From Gammaproteobacteria bacterium (GTDB taxonomy: Bacteria > Pseudomonadota > Gammaproteobacteria > Natronospirales > REEB76): a stretch of 64,000 nt of DNA. Below the pieces are notes generated by a model, which searched no databases, was not told the DNA's origin, and saw nothing but the letters and a program-made list of their open reading frames with translations. The DNA is taken from assembly GCA_036500225.1 (NCBI GenBank), contig DASYCJ010000118.1, forward strand, positions 8,784-72,783, read 5' to 3'. Each line of letters opens with the position of its first letter. Position 1 is the stretch's first letter. Of this stretch, positions 1 to 9,882 are shown one piece after another. A program made the translations under genes and the position numbers.

Positions 1-2314
1 CCATGTTGAGGGTGCGGGGGATGGGAGTCGCCGTGAGGGTGAGGATGTCCACCTCGGCCCGGAGCTGTTTCAAGCGTTCCTTGTGTTGCACGCCGAAACG
101 ATGCTCCTCGTCCACGATCACGAGGCCGAGGTCCTTGAACTTCACTTCCGGGCGAAGCAGCGCGTGGGTTCCTATGATGATCTCCACCCGACCCGCCGCC
201 AGATCCTTGAGGGATGCGTCCTGCTGCTTCCCGGTACGGAAGCGGGACAGCACCTCGATGCGCACTGGCAGGTCTGCGAACCGATCTTGGAAGGTCTGGG
301 CATGCTGTTGGGCGAGGAGGGTGGTAGGCACCAGCACTGCCACCTGTTTCCCACCTTGCACCGCCACATAGGCGGCACGTAGTGCCACTTCGGTCTTGCC
401 GAAGCCCACGTCACCGCATACTACCCGGTCCATGGGCTTACCCTCGGTCATGTCGGCGATGACGTTGGCGATGGCCTTCTCTTGGTCGATGGTCTCATCA
501 AACGGGAATGCTTCTGCGAAAGCCTGGTATTCGATCTGCGACAGCTTGAATTGATGTCCCTGGCGTGCAGCGCGGCGCGCGTAGAGATCCAGGAGTTCCG
601 CGGCCACGTCCCGGGCCTGTTCCGCGGCCTTGCGACGCGCCTTGTCCCAGTCGCCGCTGCCAAGCTTATGCAGGGGTGCCGATTCCGGTGAACTGCCGCT
701 GTAACGGCTGATGAGGTGTAGAGAGGAGACCGGCACATAGAGCTTGTCGCCGCCGGCGTATTCGAGCCGCAGGAACTCCGTCTCGAAACCGCCCATATCC
801 AGTGTCTCGAGGCCGAGATAGCGACCGACGCCATGTTGTTCATGCACCACCGGCGCGCCGGCGGCCAGATCCGTGAGGTCGCGGATGATGTCTTCGGGGT
901 TGCGGCGGGTGACGCGCCGGGTCTTCTGGCGGGCCCGCTCACCGAACAATTGTTCCTCCGTAAGTACCGCGATGCCCGCTTCCGGCAAGTTGAGCCCACG
1001 CTCCAGGGGTGCGATGCATATGCCTAAAGGCTCGTCGCTGGCCAGAAAACCGTCCCAACCCTCGAATTGCGCCAACTTGATGCGCTGGCGGCCCAACAGG
1101 TCATTCAGATATTCACGCCGACCCGCGGACTCCGCCGCGAACAACACGCGGCCCTTGAAGCTGCGCAGGAAAGCCACAAGTTTCTCCGCGGGCTCCGCCG
1201 CACGGCTATCGACCCTGAGGAACAGCGGCGCGATGCTGGAGAAGTTGACGCCCTTGCCATCCAATAGTTCGAAGGACTGGATGCCGATGCAGGCATAGCG
1301 AGCGGCTGCCTCCTGTACTGTCTTGGGCTCCAGCCAGACTTCTTCGGGCTTTAGCAGCGGCCGTTCGATGTCGTGGCGACGTTGTTCATAACGCTCTTGG
1401 ATCTGTGCCCAGGCTTGGGTAAGCGCTGTCTCCATTTCGTCCACGAAGGCCACCGTGCTTTGCTTCGGTAGGTACTGGAAGAAATCCGAGGTCCCATCGA
1501 AGAACAGGGGCAGGTAGTACTCCACGCCGCCGATGGCGATGCCATTGGAGACGTCCCGGTAGATGACGCTGCGCTGAGGATCCCCCTCAATACGTGCCCG
1601 ATAGCGCTGGCGGAAAGCGCGGATTCCCGCCTCATCTAGCGGATATTCTTTGGCGGGCAAGAGGTTCAATTCCGTGAGGTTATCCCGGGAGAGCTGGGTA
1701 TCGGGGTCGAAGATCCGGATGCTCTCGATCTCATCGTCAAAAAGATCGATGCGATAAGGCACCGGCGATCCCATGGGGAACACGTCCAGCAGCGAGCCGC
1801 GCACGGCGAACTCGCCATGCTCCATCACTTGGGTCACGGAGGCATAACCGGCAGAACTGAACTGGGTCCGTAGAGAATCAGGATCGAGGCGTGCGCCCAC
1901 TTTCAGGCTCAAGGTACCGCCCACTACGTAAACGGGCGGAGCCAATCTCTGCATGAGCGTAGCCGCCGCGACCACCACAATGCCGCGCGTCAGGCCCGGA
2001 AGAGCTGCGAGGGTCGCGAGGCGCTCGGAGATGATGTCTTGGTGGGGCGAGAACAGATCGTAGGGCAGCGTCTCCCAATCTGGGAGAGTCAGTACCGGCA
2101 GGTCCCGGCCACCCAAGTAGAAGCGGAGTTCTGCCGTGAGCCGCTCCGCTTCCCGTGCGCTCTGGGTGACCGCGAGGAGCGGGGCATCCATGCGCAGAGC
2201 CGCTTCCGCCAGCGCCAAGCCCGTGGCGCTGCCATAGAGCTTGCCCCAGCGTTGCGCGGACAGCGAGAGATCGAGGTCCCGCGGTGTGAGGACGTTAGAG
2301 GAGGTGTGGGGCAT
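1..2314 (-). CDS. mfd: Transcription-repair coupling factor Mfd (N-terminal ~770 aa; C-terminus lies beyond the left edge)
   Basis: It is absent from the ORF track because it runs off the window. Manual minus-strand translation from the ATG at 2314 gives MPHTSSNVLTPRDLDLSLSAQRWGKLYGS..., then ...PVPYRIDLFDDEIESIRIFDPDTQ.... The helicase motifs GDVGFGKTEVALRAA, LVIVDEEHRFGV and TLTATPIPRTL follow near the left edge. Confidence 0.9.
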   Translation of the reverse strand, partial: MPHTSSNVLTPRDLDLSLSAQRWGKLYGSATGLALAEAALRMDAPLLAVTQSAREAERLTAELRFYLGGRDLPVLTLPDWETLPYDLFSPHQDIISERLATLAALPGLTRGIVVVAAATLMQRLAPPVYVVGGTLSLKVGARLDPDSLRTQFSSAGYASVTQVMEHGEFAVRGSLLDVFPMGSPVPYRIDLFDDEIESIRIFDPDTQLSRDNLTELNLLPAKEYPLDEAGIRAFRQRYRARIEGDPQRSVIYRDVSNGIAIGGVEYYLPLFFDGTSDFFQYLPKQSTVAFVDEMETALTQAWAQIQERYEQRRHDIERPLLKPEEVWLEPKTVQEAAARYACIGIQSFELLDGKGVNFSSIAPLFLRVDSRAAEPAEKLVAFLRSFKGRVLFAAESAGRREYLNDLLGRQRIKLAQFEGWDGFLASDEPLGICIAPLERGLNLPEAGIAVLTEEQLFGERARQKTRRVTRRNPEDIIRDLTDLAAGAPVVHEQHGVGRYLGLETLDMGGFETEFLRLEYAGGDKLYVPVSSLHLISRYSGSSPESAPLHKLGSGDWDKARRKAAEQARDVAAELLDLYARRAARQGHQFKLSQIEYQAFAEAFPFDETIDQEKAIANVIADMTEGKPMDRVVCGDVGFGKTEVALRAAYVAVQGGKQVAVLVPTTLLAQQHAQTFQDRFADLPVRIEVLSRFRTGKQQDASLKDLAAGRVEIIIGTHALLRPEVKFKDLGLVIVDEEHRFGVQHKERLKQLRAEVDILTLTATPIPRTLNM

Positions 2315-2332
2315 CAACAGTCGAGGCTGGGC

Positions 2333-3226
2333 TCAATCCCGGAAGCGCTCGGTCAGCTCATCATAGAAGTCGATGCGTCGATCCCGCAGGTAGGGCCAGA
2401 TACGGCGCACCGCCTCGGAACGCCCCATGTCCACGTCGGTCACCAGTATCGTGGGGGACGAAGTATCCGCCTGAGCCAGGATCTCGCCTTGAGGACCCGC
2501 TACGAAGCTCGAACCCCAGAACTTGATGCCGCCGCCAACTCCGGAAGGATCCTTCTCGAAACCGATGCGATTGCTGACCAATACCGGCAAGCCGTTGGCC
2601 ACCGCATGGGAACGCTGGATGGTGATCCAGGCATCCCGTTGCCGGCCCTGTTCATCCGCCGCGTCTTCTTCTACCCAGCCGATGGCGGTGGGATAGAGCA
2701 GGAGGTCCGCGCCAGCCAAGGCCATCAGGCGCGCGCCTTCCGGATACCACTGGTCCCAGCACACCAGCACGCCGAGTTTGCCCACGGAGGTCTGGATGGG
2801 TTCGAACCCCAGGTCGCCCGGCGTGAAATAGAACTTCTCGTAGTAGCCCGGATCATCCGGGATGTGCATCTTGCGGTAGATACCTGCCAGCGTGCCGTCT
2901 TTCTCCAGCACCGCAGCGGTGTTGTGATAGAGACCCGGTGCGCGGCGCTCGAACAGCGAAGCCACGATTACCACGCCCAGTTCCTTGGCCACAGCACCCA
3001 ACTCCTGGGTAGTGGGGCCGGGGATGGCCTCCGCCTGGTCGAAGACGTGGGTGTCTTCCGTCTGGCAGAAATACAGACCCGTATGCAGTTCCTGCAGTAG
3101 CACCAGCTTCGCGCCCTTGGCGGCTGCTTCGCGGATGCCCTTGATGCTCTCTCGGAGGTTGGCAGCGCGATCCGCGATGCAACTCTGTTGCACCAGAGCG
3201 ACTTTTAGATGTTTGGCTGCAGTCAT
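2333..3226 (-). CDS. aguB: N-carbamoylputrescine amidase (carbon-nitrogen hydrolase family)
   Basis: 297-aa ORF with CN-hydrolase motifs (LVLLQELH, RKMHIPD, GVLVCWDQWYPE). It lies 4 nt downstream of an agmatine deiminase gene on the same strand. Confidence 0.85.
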   Translation of the reverse strand: MTAAKHLKVALVQQSCIADRAANLRESIKGIREAAAKGAKLVLLQELHTGLYFCQTEDTHVFDQAEAIPGPTTQELGAVAKELGVVIVASLFERRAPGLYHNTAAVLEKDGTLAGIYRKMHIPDDPGYYEKFYFTPGDLGFEPIQTSVGKLGVLVCWDQWYPEGARLMALAGADLLLYPTAIGWVEEDAADEQGRQRDAWITIQRSHAVANGLPVLVSNRIGFEKDPSGVGGGIKFWGSSFVAGPQGEILAQADTSSPTILVTDVDMGRSEAVRRIWPYLRDRRIDFYDELTERFRD

Positions 3227-3230
3227 GTCT

Positions 3231-4280
3231 TTAAGCCTTCTGCGGCACTACGCCGCGGGGGAACTGCATGGTCACGCAGTGCAGACTGCCGTACTGGTAG
3301 ATCAGCGAGCGGCAAGGCACATCGATGATCTCGCGGCCCGGGAAGCATTTCACGAGGGCCTTCAGGGCCGAGGCGTCCGCCGGATCATTATAAGTCGGCA
3401 CCAGCACCGCCCCATCCATGATCAGGAAGTTGGCGTAGGTGGCGGGCAGGCGGCGGCCTGTCTGGTCGATTACCGCCTGGGGCCAGGGCAGGGGCACGAG
3501 CGTATAGGACTGACCATCCTTGCGGCGCATGGCCTTGAGCTCGTCTTCCATGGCCTTCAGACCCTTGTAATGGAGGTCGGTGGCATCTTCACAGGCCTGG
3601 TAGGCGATGGTCTTGGCATCACAGAGCCGCGCCAGGGTGTCGATGTGGCCATCCGTGTCGTCGCCATCGATGGCTCCGTGCTTCAGCCACAGGATGCGGT
3701 CCACACCCAGATACTTGTGCAGCAGCGTCTCGACGTCGGCGCGTTTGAGCTTGGGGTTGCGGTTCTTATTGAGCAGGCAGCTTTCGGTGGTGAGCAGGGT
3801 GCCTTCCCCGTCCACCTCGATGCTGCCGCCTTCCAGCACCAGCTCGATGCTCTCCATGGGGATGTCACCGAAAGCGCCGGCTTCGTGCAGGCGGCGGCTC
3901 AAGCGGTTGTCGTTCTCGTGGGGGTACTTCTCGCCCCAACCGTTGAAGATGAAGTCCAGCATCACCAGCTTGCCGTCTTTCTCCACGGTGATGGGGCCAT
4001 GATCCCGGGCCCAAGCATCGTTGGAAGGGAAGGTGAAGATGTGCAAGCGATCCACACGGCCGCCGGCGGCTTTCACGTAACCGCGGATGCGCTCCGCGTG
4101 GCCTTCGTCCATGCAGGTGATGATCACCGGCTCCCGCAGGCTGATCTCCTTGGCGATGCCCGTATGGCAACGCTCGGCGGAGGCATAGTCTGGGTTCCAT
4201 TCCACGTCGGAACGGGGCCAGGTGAGCATCACGCCGCTCTGGGAGACCCATTCCGGCGGCAGGCTGTAGCGTGCAGTCAT
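3231..4280 (-). CDS. aguA: Agmatine deiminase
   Basis: The ORF 3231..4334 contains MTARYSLPPEWVSQSGVMLTWP, ...AWARDHGPI... and a C-terminal ...GSLHCVTMQ (catalytic Cys), typical of the agmatine deiminase/PAD family. The start is set at the internal Met (4280); the longest ORF begins at 4334. Confidence 0.85.
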   Translation of the reverse strand: MTARYSLPPEWVSQSGVMLTWPRSDVEWNPDYASAERCHTGIAKEISLREPVIITCMDEGHAERIRGYVKAAGGRVDRLHIFTFPSNDAWARDHGPITVEKDGKLVMLDFIFNGWGEKYPHENDNRLSRRLHEAGAFGDIPMESIELVLEGGSIEVDGEGTLLTTESCLLNKNRNPKLKRADVETLLHKYLGVDRILWLKHGAIDGDDTDGHIDTLARLCDAKTIAYQACEDATDLHYKGLKAMEDELKAMRRKDGQSYTLVPLPWPQAVIDQTGRRLPATYANFLIMDGAVLVPTYNDPADASALKALVKCFPGREIIDVPCRSLIYQYGSLHCVTMQFPRGVVPQKA

Positions 4281-4378
4281 CTTCGTAAAGACCCTAAAAC
4301 AAACCGCGTGAGGTACCGCTCTCTTCAGCGGCACCGCTCACGCGGCGGATGGTTCGGACGGTGACTTGGCCGAAAGAG

Positions 4379-4867
4379 TCAGTTCTTCATCACCGTGTGC
4401 AGGACCATATTGTATTCGAAGTACACCACGTAGTCCGGGTAATCCCAGCGGGTGATGGGGGGCTTGCCCACCGCGTCATACTTCTGCAACGGCGTGCCGA
4501 AGATGTGCTCCACGTTGGCCATGTTCATGCCGCGGATCGGCGCAGTGATGTTGTTGGACTGGGAAGCCCGCGCCGCTTGCGGGGTAGGCGCGGGTACTGG
4601 CATCTGCATCGGAGCAGCGGCGGGGGCTGAGGTCTCGGGTTGGGCCGGCGCAGCAGCGGACGCGGTGCTCGCGGCAGGCGCCGCGGTGGCGTCAGTCGTG
4701 GCGGCACTGGGGGCCGCCTCAGTAGAAGCGGCAGGGGCAGCGGCAGGCGCACTCACGGCAGCAGGTGCGGCCGAAGAGGCGGCTGCGGGAGCATCCGCAG
4801 CGAAGAGCGGAGCCACGCCGGATAAGGCGAGAGCGGCTAGGCCTAGGCTCAGGACGGGACGTCGCAT
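4379..4867 (-). CDS. Secreted protein of unknown function with a long Ala/Pro/Ser/Thr low-complexity linker
   Basis: Signal peptide MRRPVLSLGLAALALSGVAPLFA, then about 90 aa of A/P/S/T-rich sequence, then a compact C-terminal domain (...MANVEHIFGTPLQKYDAVGKPPITRWDYPDYVVYFEYNMVLHTVMKN). I do not recognise a family with confidence. Confidence 0.5.
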   Translation of the reverse strand: MRRPVLSLGLAALALSGVAPLFAADAPAAASSAAPAAVSAPAAAPAASTEAAPSAATTDATAAPAASTASAAAPAQPETSAPAAAPMQMPVPAPTPQAARASQSNNITAPIRGMNMANVEHIFGTPLQKYDAVGKPPITRWDYPDYVVYFEYNMVLHTVMKN

Positions 4868-4969
4868 GTCACAATCTCCCCGGGATGCAGGCATTAACTA
4901 TAGCATTGTAAAAAGCTATCCAGAGCATCAGCTTAGCTGGCTTTCTTGACATAAAGGCTCATCAGATTC

Positions 4970-5680
4970 ATGCGTTTTGAACCTCCGCTGCAAGAAGCGC
5001 GCCTGGAGCGGCGCTATAAGCGTTTCCTGGCAGACGTGGCATTCCCCGATGGCCGGCGACTGACGGTGCATTGCCCCAATACCGGCGGCATGTTGGGCTG
5101 CGCGGATCCAGGCATGCGGGTGTGGCTCAGCCGGGCCACTAACCCGGCGCGTAAGTACGCCTGGACCTGGGAGCTGGTGGAGGCCTTGCCCGGGGTCCTA
5201 GTGGGTATCCACACCGGTCGGACCAATAGTCTGGTCCGGGAGGCCATCGGCAGCGGTGTCATCGCTGAAGCATCCGGTTACCGAGCTTTACAGGGAGAAG
5301 TGATGGCCGGCGAGGGCTTCCGGGTGGATTTCCTGCTCTCGGGCCACGCCACACATCCGGACTGCTATCTGGAAGTGAAGAACGTCACGGCCGCGGTGCA
5401 GGAAGGTATCGCCCTGTTCCCTGACGCAGTGAGCGAGCGGGCCAGCCGCCACCTGCGGGAACTCATGGCCAAGGTCCGGGCTGGCCGACGTGGCCTCCTG
5501 TGTTTCTGTGTGCAGCGGAATGACGTTAGCGAGGTGCGACCGGCGGATGCCATCGATCCAGTCTATGGGCGGACTCTCCGGGAAGCGATGGCGGCCGGAG
5601 TGGAGGTGGTGGCTTATGGGGCGCGTATGAGCGCCGAAGAGGCGGTGTTATATCGGCCGATCCCGGTCCGTTTACCCTGA
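4970..5680 (+). CDS. sfsA: Sugar fermentation stimulation protein SfsA (DNA-binding/nuclease-like)
   Basis: 236-aa ORF. The N-terminus ...RLERRYKRFLADV...HCPNTGGM... is the conserved SfsA signature. Confidence 0.85.
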   Translation: MRFEPPLQEARLERRYKRFLADVAFPDGRRLTVHCPNTGGMLGCADPGMRVWLSRATNPARKYAWTWELVEALPGVLVGIHTGRTNSLVREAIGSGVIAEASGYRALQGEVMAGEGFRVDFLLSGHATHPDCYLEVKNVTAAVQEGIALFPDAVSERASRHLRELMAKVRAGRRGLLCFCVQRNDVSEVRPADAIDPVYGRTLREAMAAGVEVVAYGARMSAEEAVLYRPIPVRLP

Positions 5681-5703
5681 GGCTCCCTCTATAATGCGCA
5701 GCT

Positions 5704-6951
5704 ATGTTTAGACCATTCTCCCTGTTCGTGGGCTTGCGCTATTTCCGGGCCAAGCGCCGCAACCAGTTCATCTCCTTCATCTCGGGCATGTCGCTGGTCT
5801 CCATCGCCATCGGCGTCATGGCCCTCATCACCGTGCTGTCTGTGATGAACGGTTTCCAGGACGAGTTGCGGGACCGGATCCTGAGCATGACCGCCGATGC
5901 CACCATCTCCGGCTTCGACAACAAGCTCTCGGACTGGCCGGCGGTGGTGCGTGACGTGCATGACCAGCCCGGCATAGTCGCCGCCGCGCCCTACATCGAG
6001 GACCAGGCCATGTTGGCCAACGGCTCCAACATGAGCGGCACCGAAGTGCGGGGTGTGATTCCGGATATGGAAGGCACCGTCTCGGAAGTAGGCCGGCGCA
6101 TGGTCATGGGCCAGATGCGGGACTTGGCTCCCGGCAGTTACGACATCGTGCTGGGCAAGGACCTGGCATTCGCCTTGGGCGTGGCGCCCGGTGACAAGGT
6201 GATCCTGATGATCTCCCAGGGCAACGTCACGCCCGCAGGCCTCATCCCGCGCTTCCGGCGTTTCACGGTGTCCGGCATCTTCGACGCAGGTATGTATGAG
6301 TACGATCGGGGTCTGGCCTTCATCAATATCAAGGATGCCCAGACCCTGTACGGTTTCGACGATGCCGTGAGCGGCGTGCGTCTGAAGCTCAAGGACAAGT
6401 ATCAGGCACCGGAGATCGCCCGCGCGCTCACTGCCCGCTTCAACGGCGCCTTCTACGTCAGCGACTGGACCCAGGAACACGTGAACTTCTTCAAGGCCAT
6501 CGCCATGGAGAAGACCGTGATGTTCATCATCCTGTCGCTCATCGAACTGGTGGCGGCCATCAGCATCGCCATCACCCTGGTCATGGCGGTGACGGATAAA
6601 CAGGCGGATATCGCCATCTTGCGCACGCTGGGGGCGAGCCCACGCGCCATCATGGGTATATTTATCGTGCAGGGCACCATCATCGGCTTCCTCGGCACTC
6701 TCATCGGTTTCATCCTGGGTGTCCTACTGGCGACCTATCTCAACGACATTATGCATTTCCTGCAGCACATGTTTCACACTGAGTTTCTGCCCTCCAGCGT
6801 GTATTACATCAGTGATCTGCCAGCTTCCATCGTCATGAGCGACGTGTTGAAGATCACCATCGCTAGTTTCGTGCTGTCGGTGATCTCCACCCTGTATCCC
6901 GCCTGGCGTGCAGCGCGCACTCAGCCGGCGGAGGCCCTGCGCTATGAATAA
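5704..6951 (+). CDS. lolC: Lipoprotein-releasing system transmembrane permease (LolC/LolE family)
   Basis: 415 aa. [42 protein letters not shown] is the canonical LolC/E N-terminus, followed by a MacB-like periplasmic domain and a C-terminal FtsX domain. It has an ATGA overlap with lolD. Confidence 0.85.
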   Translation: MFRPFSLFVGLRYFRAKRRNQFISFISGMSLVSIAIGVMALITVLSVMNGFQDELRDRILSMTADATISGFDNKLSDWPAVVRDVHDQPGIVAAAPYIEDQAMLANGSNMSGTEVRGVIPDMEGTVSEVGRRMVMGQMRDLAPGSYDIVLGKDLAFALGVAPGDKVILMISQGNVTPAGLIPRFRRFTVSGIFDAGMYEYDRGLAFINIKDAQTLYGFDDAVSGVRLKLKDKYQAPEIARALTARFNGAFYVSDWTQEHVNFFKAIAMEKTVMFIILSLIELVAAISIAITLVMAVTDKQADIAILRTLGASPRAIMGIFIVQGTIIGFLGTLIGFILGVLLATYLNDIMHFLQHMFHTEFLPSSVYYISDLPASIVMSDVLKITIASFVLSVISTLYPAWRAARTQPAEALRYE

Positions 6952-7663
6952 CGCGCTCCGCACGACGAATGATGCACCTCAGAGCACGGGCGTCGCCATG
7001 CTGCGTTGCGAGAAGCTGGTGAAGCATTTCCAGGAAGGCGACTACAAGGTCGAGGTGCTGAACGGCGTGGATCTGAGCGTCGCCCCGGGCGAGCGGGTGG
7101 CCATCGTCGGCAGCTCCGGCTCCGGCAAGAGCACGCTACTGCATCTCCTGGGCGGTCTCGATACGCCCACTTCCGGGCAGGTGTATGTGCATGGTGAAGC
7201 CCTGAGCGCCATGTCCGATGCGGCCCGCGGCACCATGCGTAACCGTTCTATCGGTTTCGTCTATCAGTTCCATCATCTGCTGCCGGAGTTCACGGCAGTA
7301 GAGAACGTGGCCATGCCACTCCTGATCCGCGGCGTCGAACCCGATGAGGCGGAGGCCAAGGCCGTGGAGTTATTGGGTAAAGTGGGCCTGGCGCAACGCC
7401 TGACCCATCGCCCGTCGAAACTCTCCGGCGGCGAGCGTCAACGGGCCGCAGTGGCGCGCGCGCTGATCCATCGCCCCGCGGTGGTGCTGGCGGATGAGCC
7501 TACCGGCAATTTGGATGCCCACACCGGCGAACAGGTGTATCAGCTGATGCTGGAGCTCAACCGGGAGATGGGTACGAGCCTAGTGCTGGTGACCCATGAC
7601 GTGAAGATGGCGGAACGGGCGCAGCGGGTACTGCACCTTAAGGACGGCCGGTTGGCCGATTAG
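6944..7663 (+). CDS. lolD: Lipoprotein-releasing system ATP-binding protein LolD
   Basis: ABC ATPase motifs [24 protein letters not shown] and [11 protein letters not shown]. The start is set at the ATG at 6944, which overlaps the lolC stop (ATGA); the longest ORF begins at 6908. Confidence 0.9.
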   Translation: MNNALRTTNDAPQSTGVAMLRCEKLVKHFQEGDYKVEVLNGVDLSVAPGERVAIVGSSGSGKSTLLHLLGGLDTPTSGQVYVHGEALSAMSDAARGTMRNRSIGFVYQFHHLLPEFTAVENVAMPLLIRGVEPDEAEAKAVELLGKVGLAQRLTHRPSKLSGGERQRAAVARALIHRPAVVLADEPTGNLDAHTGEQVYQLMLELNREMGTSLVLVTHDVKMAERAQRVLHLKDGRLAD

Positions 7664-8217
7664 CCCTTTCCGTTTTCGGCGCGTTCGGCCTTGCGCAGTT
7701 TCCAGCGGCCGCTGATGGACAGCCGCCAGGCCACATCGAATATGATGTAAGCCAGGATCGCGAAGATCACGCCTTCCACCACGCAGCCCAAGAACGTCTC
7801 TTCGACCAGGTACCAGGCGTGCATCAGCTCGGGTGCACGCATCGACTGATTCACTACCCCGTGGTTGTCCTGGTTCAGATGCAAGGGGTTCAGCAGCAGG
7901 CGACCAATCTTGTAGCCGCCGTACCAGATAGGACCGATGGTAAGTGGATTGTTGATCCATACCGCCGCAACGGCGACGGGCATGTTGATGCGCCAGTACA
8001 GCGCGCCCAGCACCGCAAATATTGTGTGACCGGGTATCGGCAGGCAGCAGACGAAGGCGCCCAGAGCCAGGGCCCGGCAGGTGCCGCGCCGGCCCACGTG
8101 CCAGAGGGCAGGGTCATGCCAAAGGAAGTCGAAGGGCCGCATGTACCATTTGCCGTGCAGTTTGGCATGCAGCTTCTCGGGTTCCGGCACGATCTTGGAA
8201 AGGAACTTACGGGGCAC
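7660..8217 (-). CDS. DUF2062 domain membrane protein
   Basis: ...[68 protein letters not shown] matches the DUF2062 pattern. Its position between lolD and comEC is conserved in Pseudomonas-like genomes. The start is uncertain: a GTG at 8217 is preceded by GGAG, and the longest ORF reaches 8289. Confidence 0.7.
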   Translation of the reverse strand: MPRKFLSKIVPEPEKLHAKLHGKWYMRPFDFLWHDPALWHVGRRGTCRALALGAFVCCLPIPGHTIFAVLGALYWRINMPVAVAAVWINNPLTIGPIWYGGYKIGRLLLNPLHLNQDNHGVVNQSMRAPELMHAWYLVEETFLGCVVEGVIFAILAYIIFDVAWRLSISGRWKLRKAERAENGKG

Positions 8218-8389
8218 CGTGACTCCAGCGCACTCGGGCGGGCAGTGGCCCGCAGTCTGAGCATAGCCCGCCGGCGGCAGGCCTGGCATAAATCAAAAAT
8301 GAACTATATATACGTCGTCCGCCTGTGAGCGGCTGGTCATTATCCATGATTTTGGGATAGGACCATCTGGAAGTCCGCGGCAGCGATGC

Positions 8390-9170
8390 TGGCCGGGTGG
8401 CGGACATCCTGATGCTGCCGGCTTTGGCCGGAGACTTGGCGCGTGTTTAGCTTCAGTTTACCCCTGATGTTCGCTGCCTGCTATTGGCGCCCCCTGCGCT
8501 GGCTACTATTCCTGTCATGTCTTGCGGACTTTACGCTACCGATCCGGGGAGCCCTCGCTATCTGCGGTCCCAGGGCATCGCGGCGCCGGATCTGGTGATA
8601 GTGCGCCCACGGAAATAGTAACCATGCAGGCGGACTCGCAAGCCTACGAGCGTCTATCCCAATATGTCGGTATACACCGGAGCCATGGACCGGGTGCCCG
8701 CTGCCAGACCATGCATGCGCGGTCAGAGTGGGGACTGGGACGGTGTGCATTTCGAAGTGCTCTATCCGGAGATGGGCACACCGTGGCGGGCAATCATATC
8801 TCCTGCGTGCTCAGCATCACTGGGCCCGGCGGTAAGACCCTGCTCGTAGGTGACATCGTGAAGAAAAGGGAAGGATGTCTATTGGCGATGGAGCCAGATT
8901 TGCATGGCGATCTCCTGATCGCTACCCATCACGACCGCAATTTGTCTTCGACACTGCCATTCGTAGCGGCGGTTGCGCCCCGCGCGGTATGGTTCCGTTA
9001 GGCTATCGCAACCGCTTGGATTTCCCGAAACTGGAGGTACAAGCCAGGGATCTGCCACTGGCCGCACTCTCGGATACAGCGGAGGATGGGCGCTTTGCAT
9101 GCAGTTCCGGGCCGGTTCCGAATTCAAGCGGACGATGCGCTGGCGCCGGGATACGGCCCGACTAGGGACC
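8390..9170 (+). pseudogene. comEC: Decayed remnant of the DNA internalisation competence gene comEC/rec2 (C-terminal metallo-beta-lactamase part only, at least 2 frameshifts)
   Basis: ComEC C-terminal motifs are spread over three reading frames. These are GDWDGVHFEVLYPE (~8730-8770), GNHISCVLSITGPGGKTLLVGDI...LHGDLLIATHHDRNLSS...VAPRAVWF (~8787-9001, ending in a stop) and GYRNRLDFPKLEV (~9000-9040). Catalytic-type residues are altered (HHGS to HHDR, GHP to DFP). Only about 0.9 kb lies between the DUF2062 gene and exbB, whereas an intact comEC needs about 2.2 kb. Confidence 0.6.
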
Positions 9171-9234
9171 GAGGAATAGCCAAAAATTCCTTGGAATCCA
9201 GTATGATGCGTGAAGCTAGATACCGGGGAGCGGT

Positions 9235-9882
9235 ATGTTCGAGATCATCAAGGCTGGCGGCTGGATCATGGTGCCGCTGCTGCTGTGTTCGGTCATCGTG
9301 GTGGCTATCATCGCCGAGCGCATGTGGAGCCTGCAGACCCAGCGCGTCGCCCCCGAGCACCTGGCTGCCCAGGTCTGGCAATGGATACGTAACGGTGAAT
9401 TCAACGAAGAGCGCATGCAAGCCCTGCGCACCGGCTCGCCCTTAGGCCGGCTCCTGGCCATCGGCATCCTGCATCGCAGCTCCGACCGGGAAGTGCTGAA
9501 CGATGCCATCTCCGATGCGGGCCGGCACATCGTCCACGAACTGGACCGCTATCTCATCACTCTGGGTAGTATCGCCACCATCTCGCCTCTCCTGGGGTTG
9601 CTCGGCACCGTGCTCGGCATCATGCATGTGTTCGCCGCCATCTCGCTCGTCGGCCTCGGCAATCCGACCGCCCTGGCCGGTGGCATCTCCCAGGCGCTTA
9701 TCACCACCGTAGTGGGCCTGATGATAGCTATCCCGGCCTACGTGGCGCATCGTGCCCTGCGCGGGCGGGTGGACGACCTAGTGGTGCGCATGGAGCGCGA
9801 GACCATGCGCCTCATGAACGCCCTGCAGGGGCGCCAGGCGCCAGCGGAATGGCAGCGCAGGGGTGACCGTGAGGCTGCGTGA
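9235..9882 (+). CDS. exbB: MotA/TolQ/ExbB proton-channel family protein
   Basis: 215 aa. MFEIIKAGGWIMVPLLLCSVIVVAIIAERMW plus the conserved C-terminal TM pair (...LGLLGTVLGIMHVF...ALITTVVGLMIAIPA). Confidence 0.85.
   Translation: MFEIIKAGGWIMVPLLLCSVIVVAIIAERMWSLQTQRVAPEHLAAQVWQWIRNGEFNEERMQALRTGSPLGRLLAIGILHRSSDREVLNDAISDAGRHIVHELDRYLITLGSIATISPLLGLLGTVLGIMHVFAAISLVGLGNPTALAGGISQALITTVVGLMIAIPAYVAHRALRGRVDDLVVRMERETMRLMNALQGRQAPAEWQRRGDREAA

Noticed and set aside
2039-4364. Long plus-strand ORFs (353 aa at 2039..3100 and 459 aa at 2985..4364) opposite aguB/aguA
   Set aside because: They are antisense shadow ORFs of GC-rich coding DNA. Their products are Arg/Gly/Ala/His-rich with no recognisable motifs, whereas the minus-strand ORFs carry clear enzyme signatures.
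8522-9001. A 159-aa ORF that could be called a hypothetical protein
   Set aside because: Its C-terminal half is a ComEC beta-lactamase-domain fragment that continues in other frames on both sides. It is better explained as part of a comEC pseudogene.
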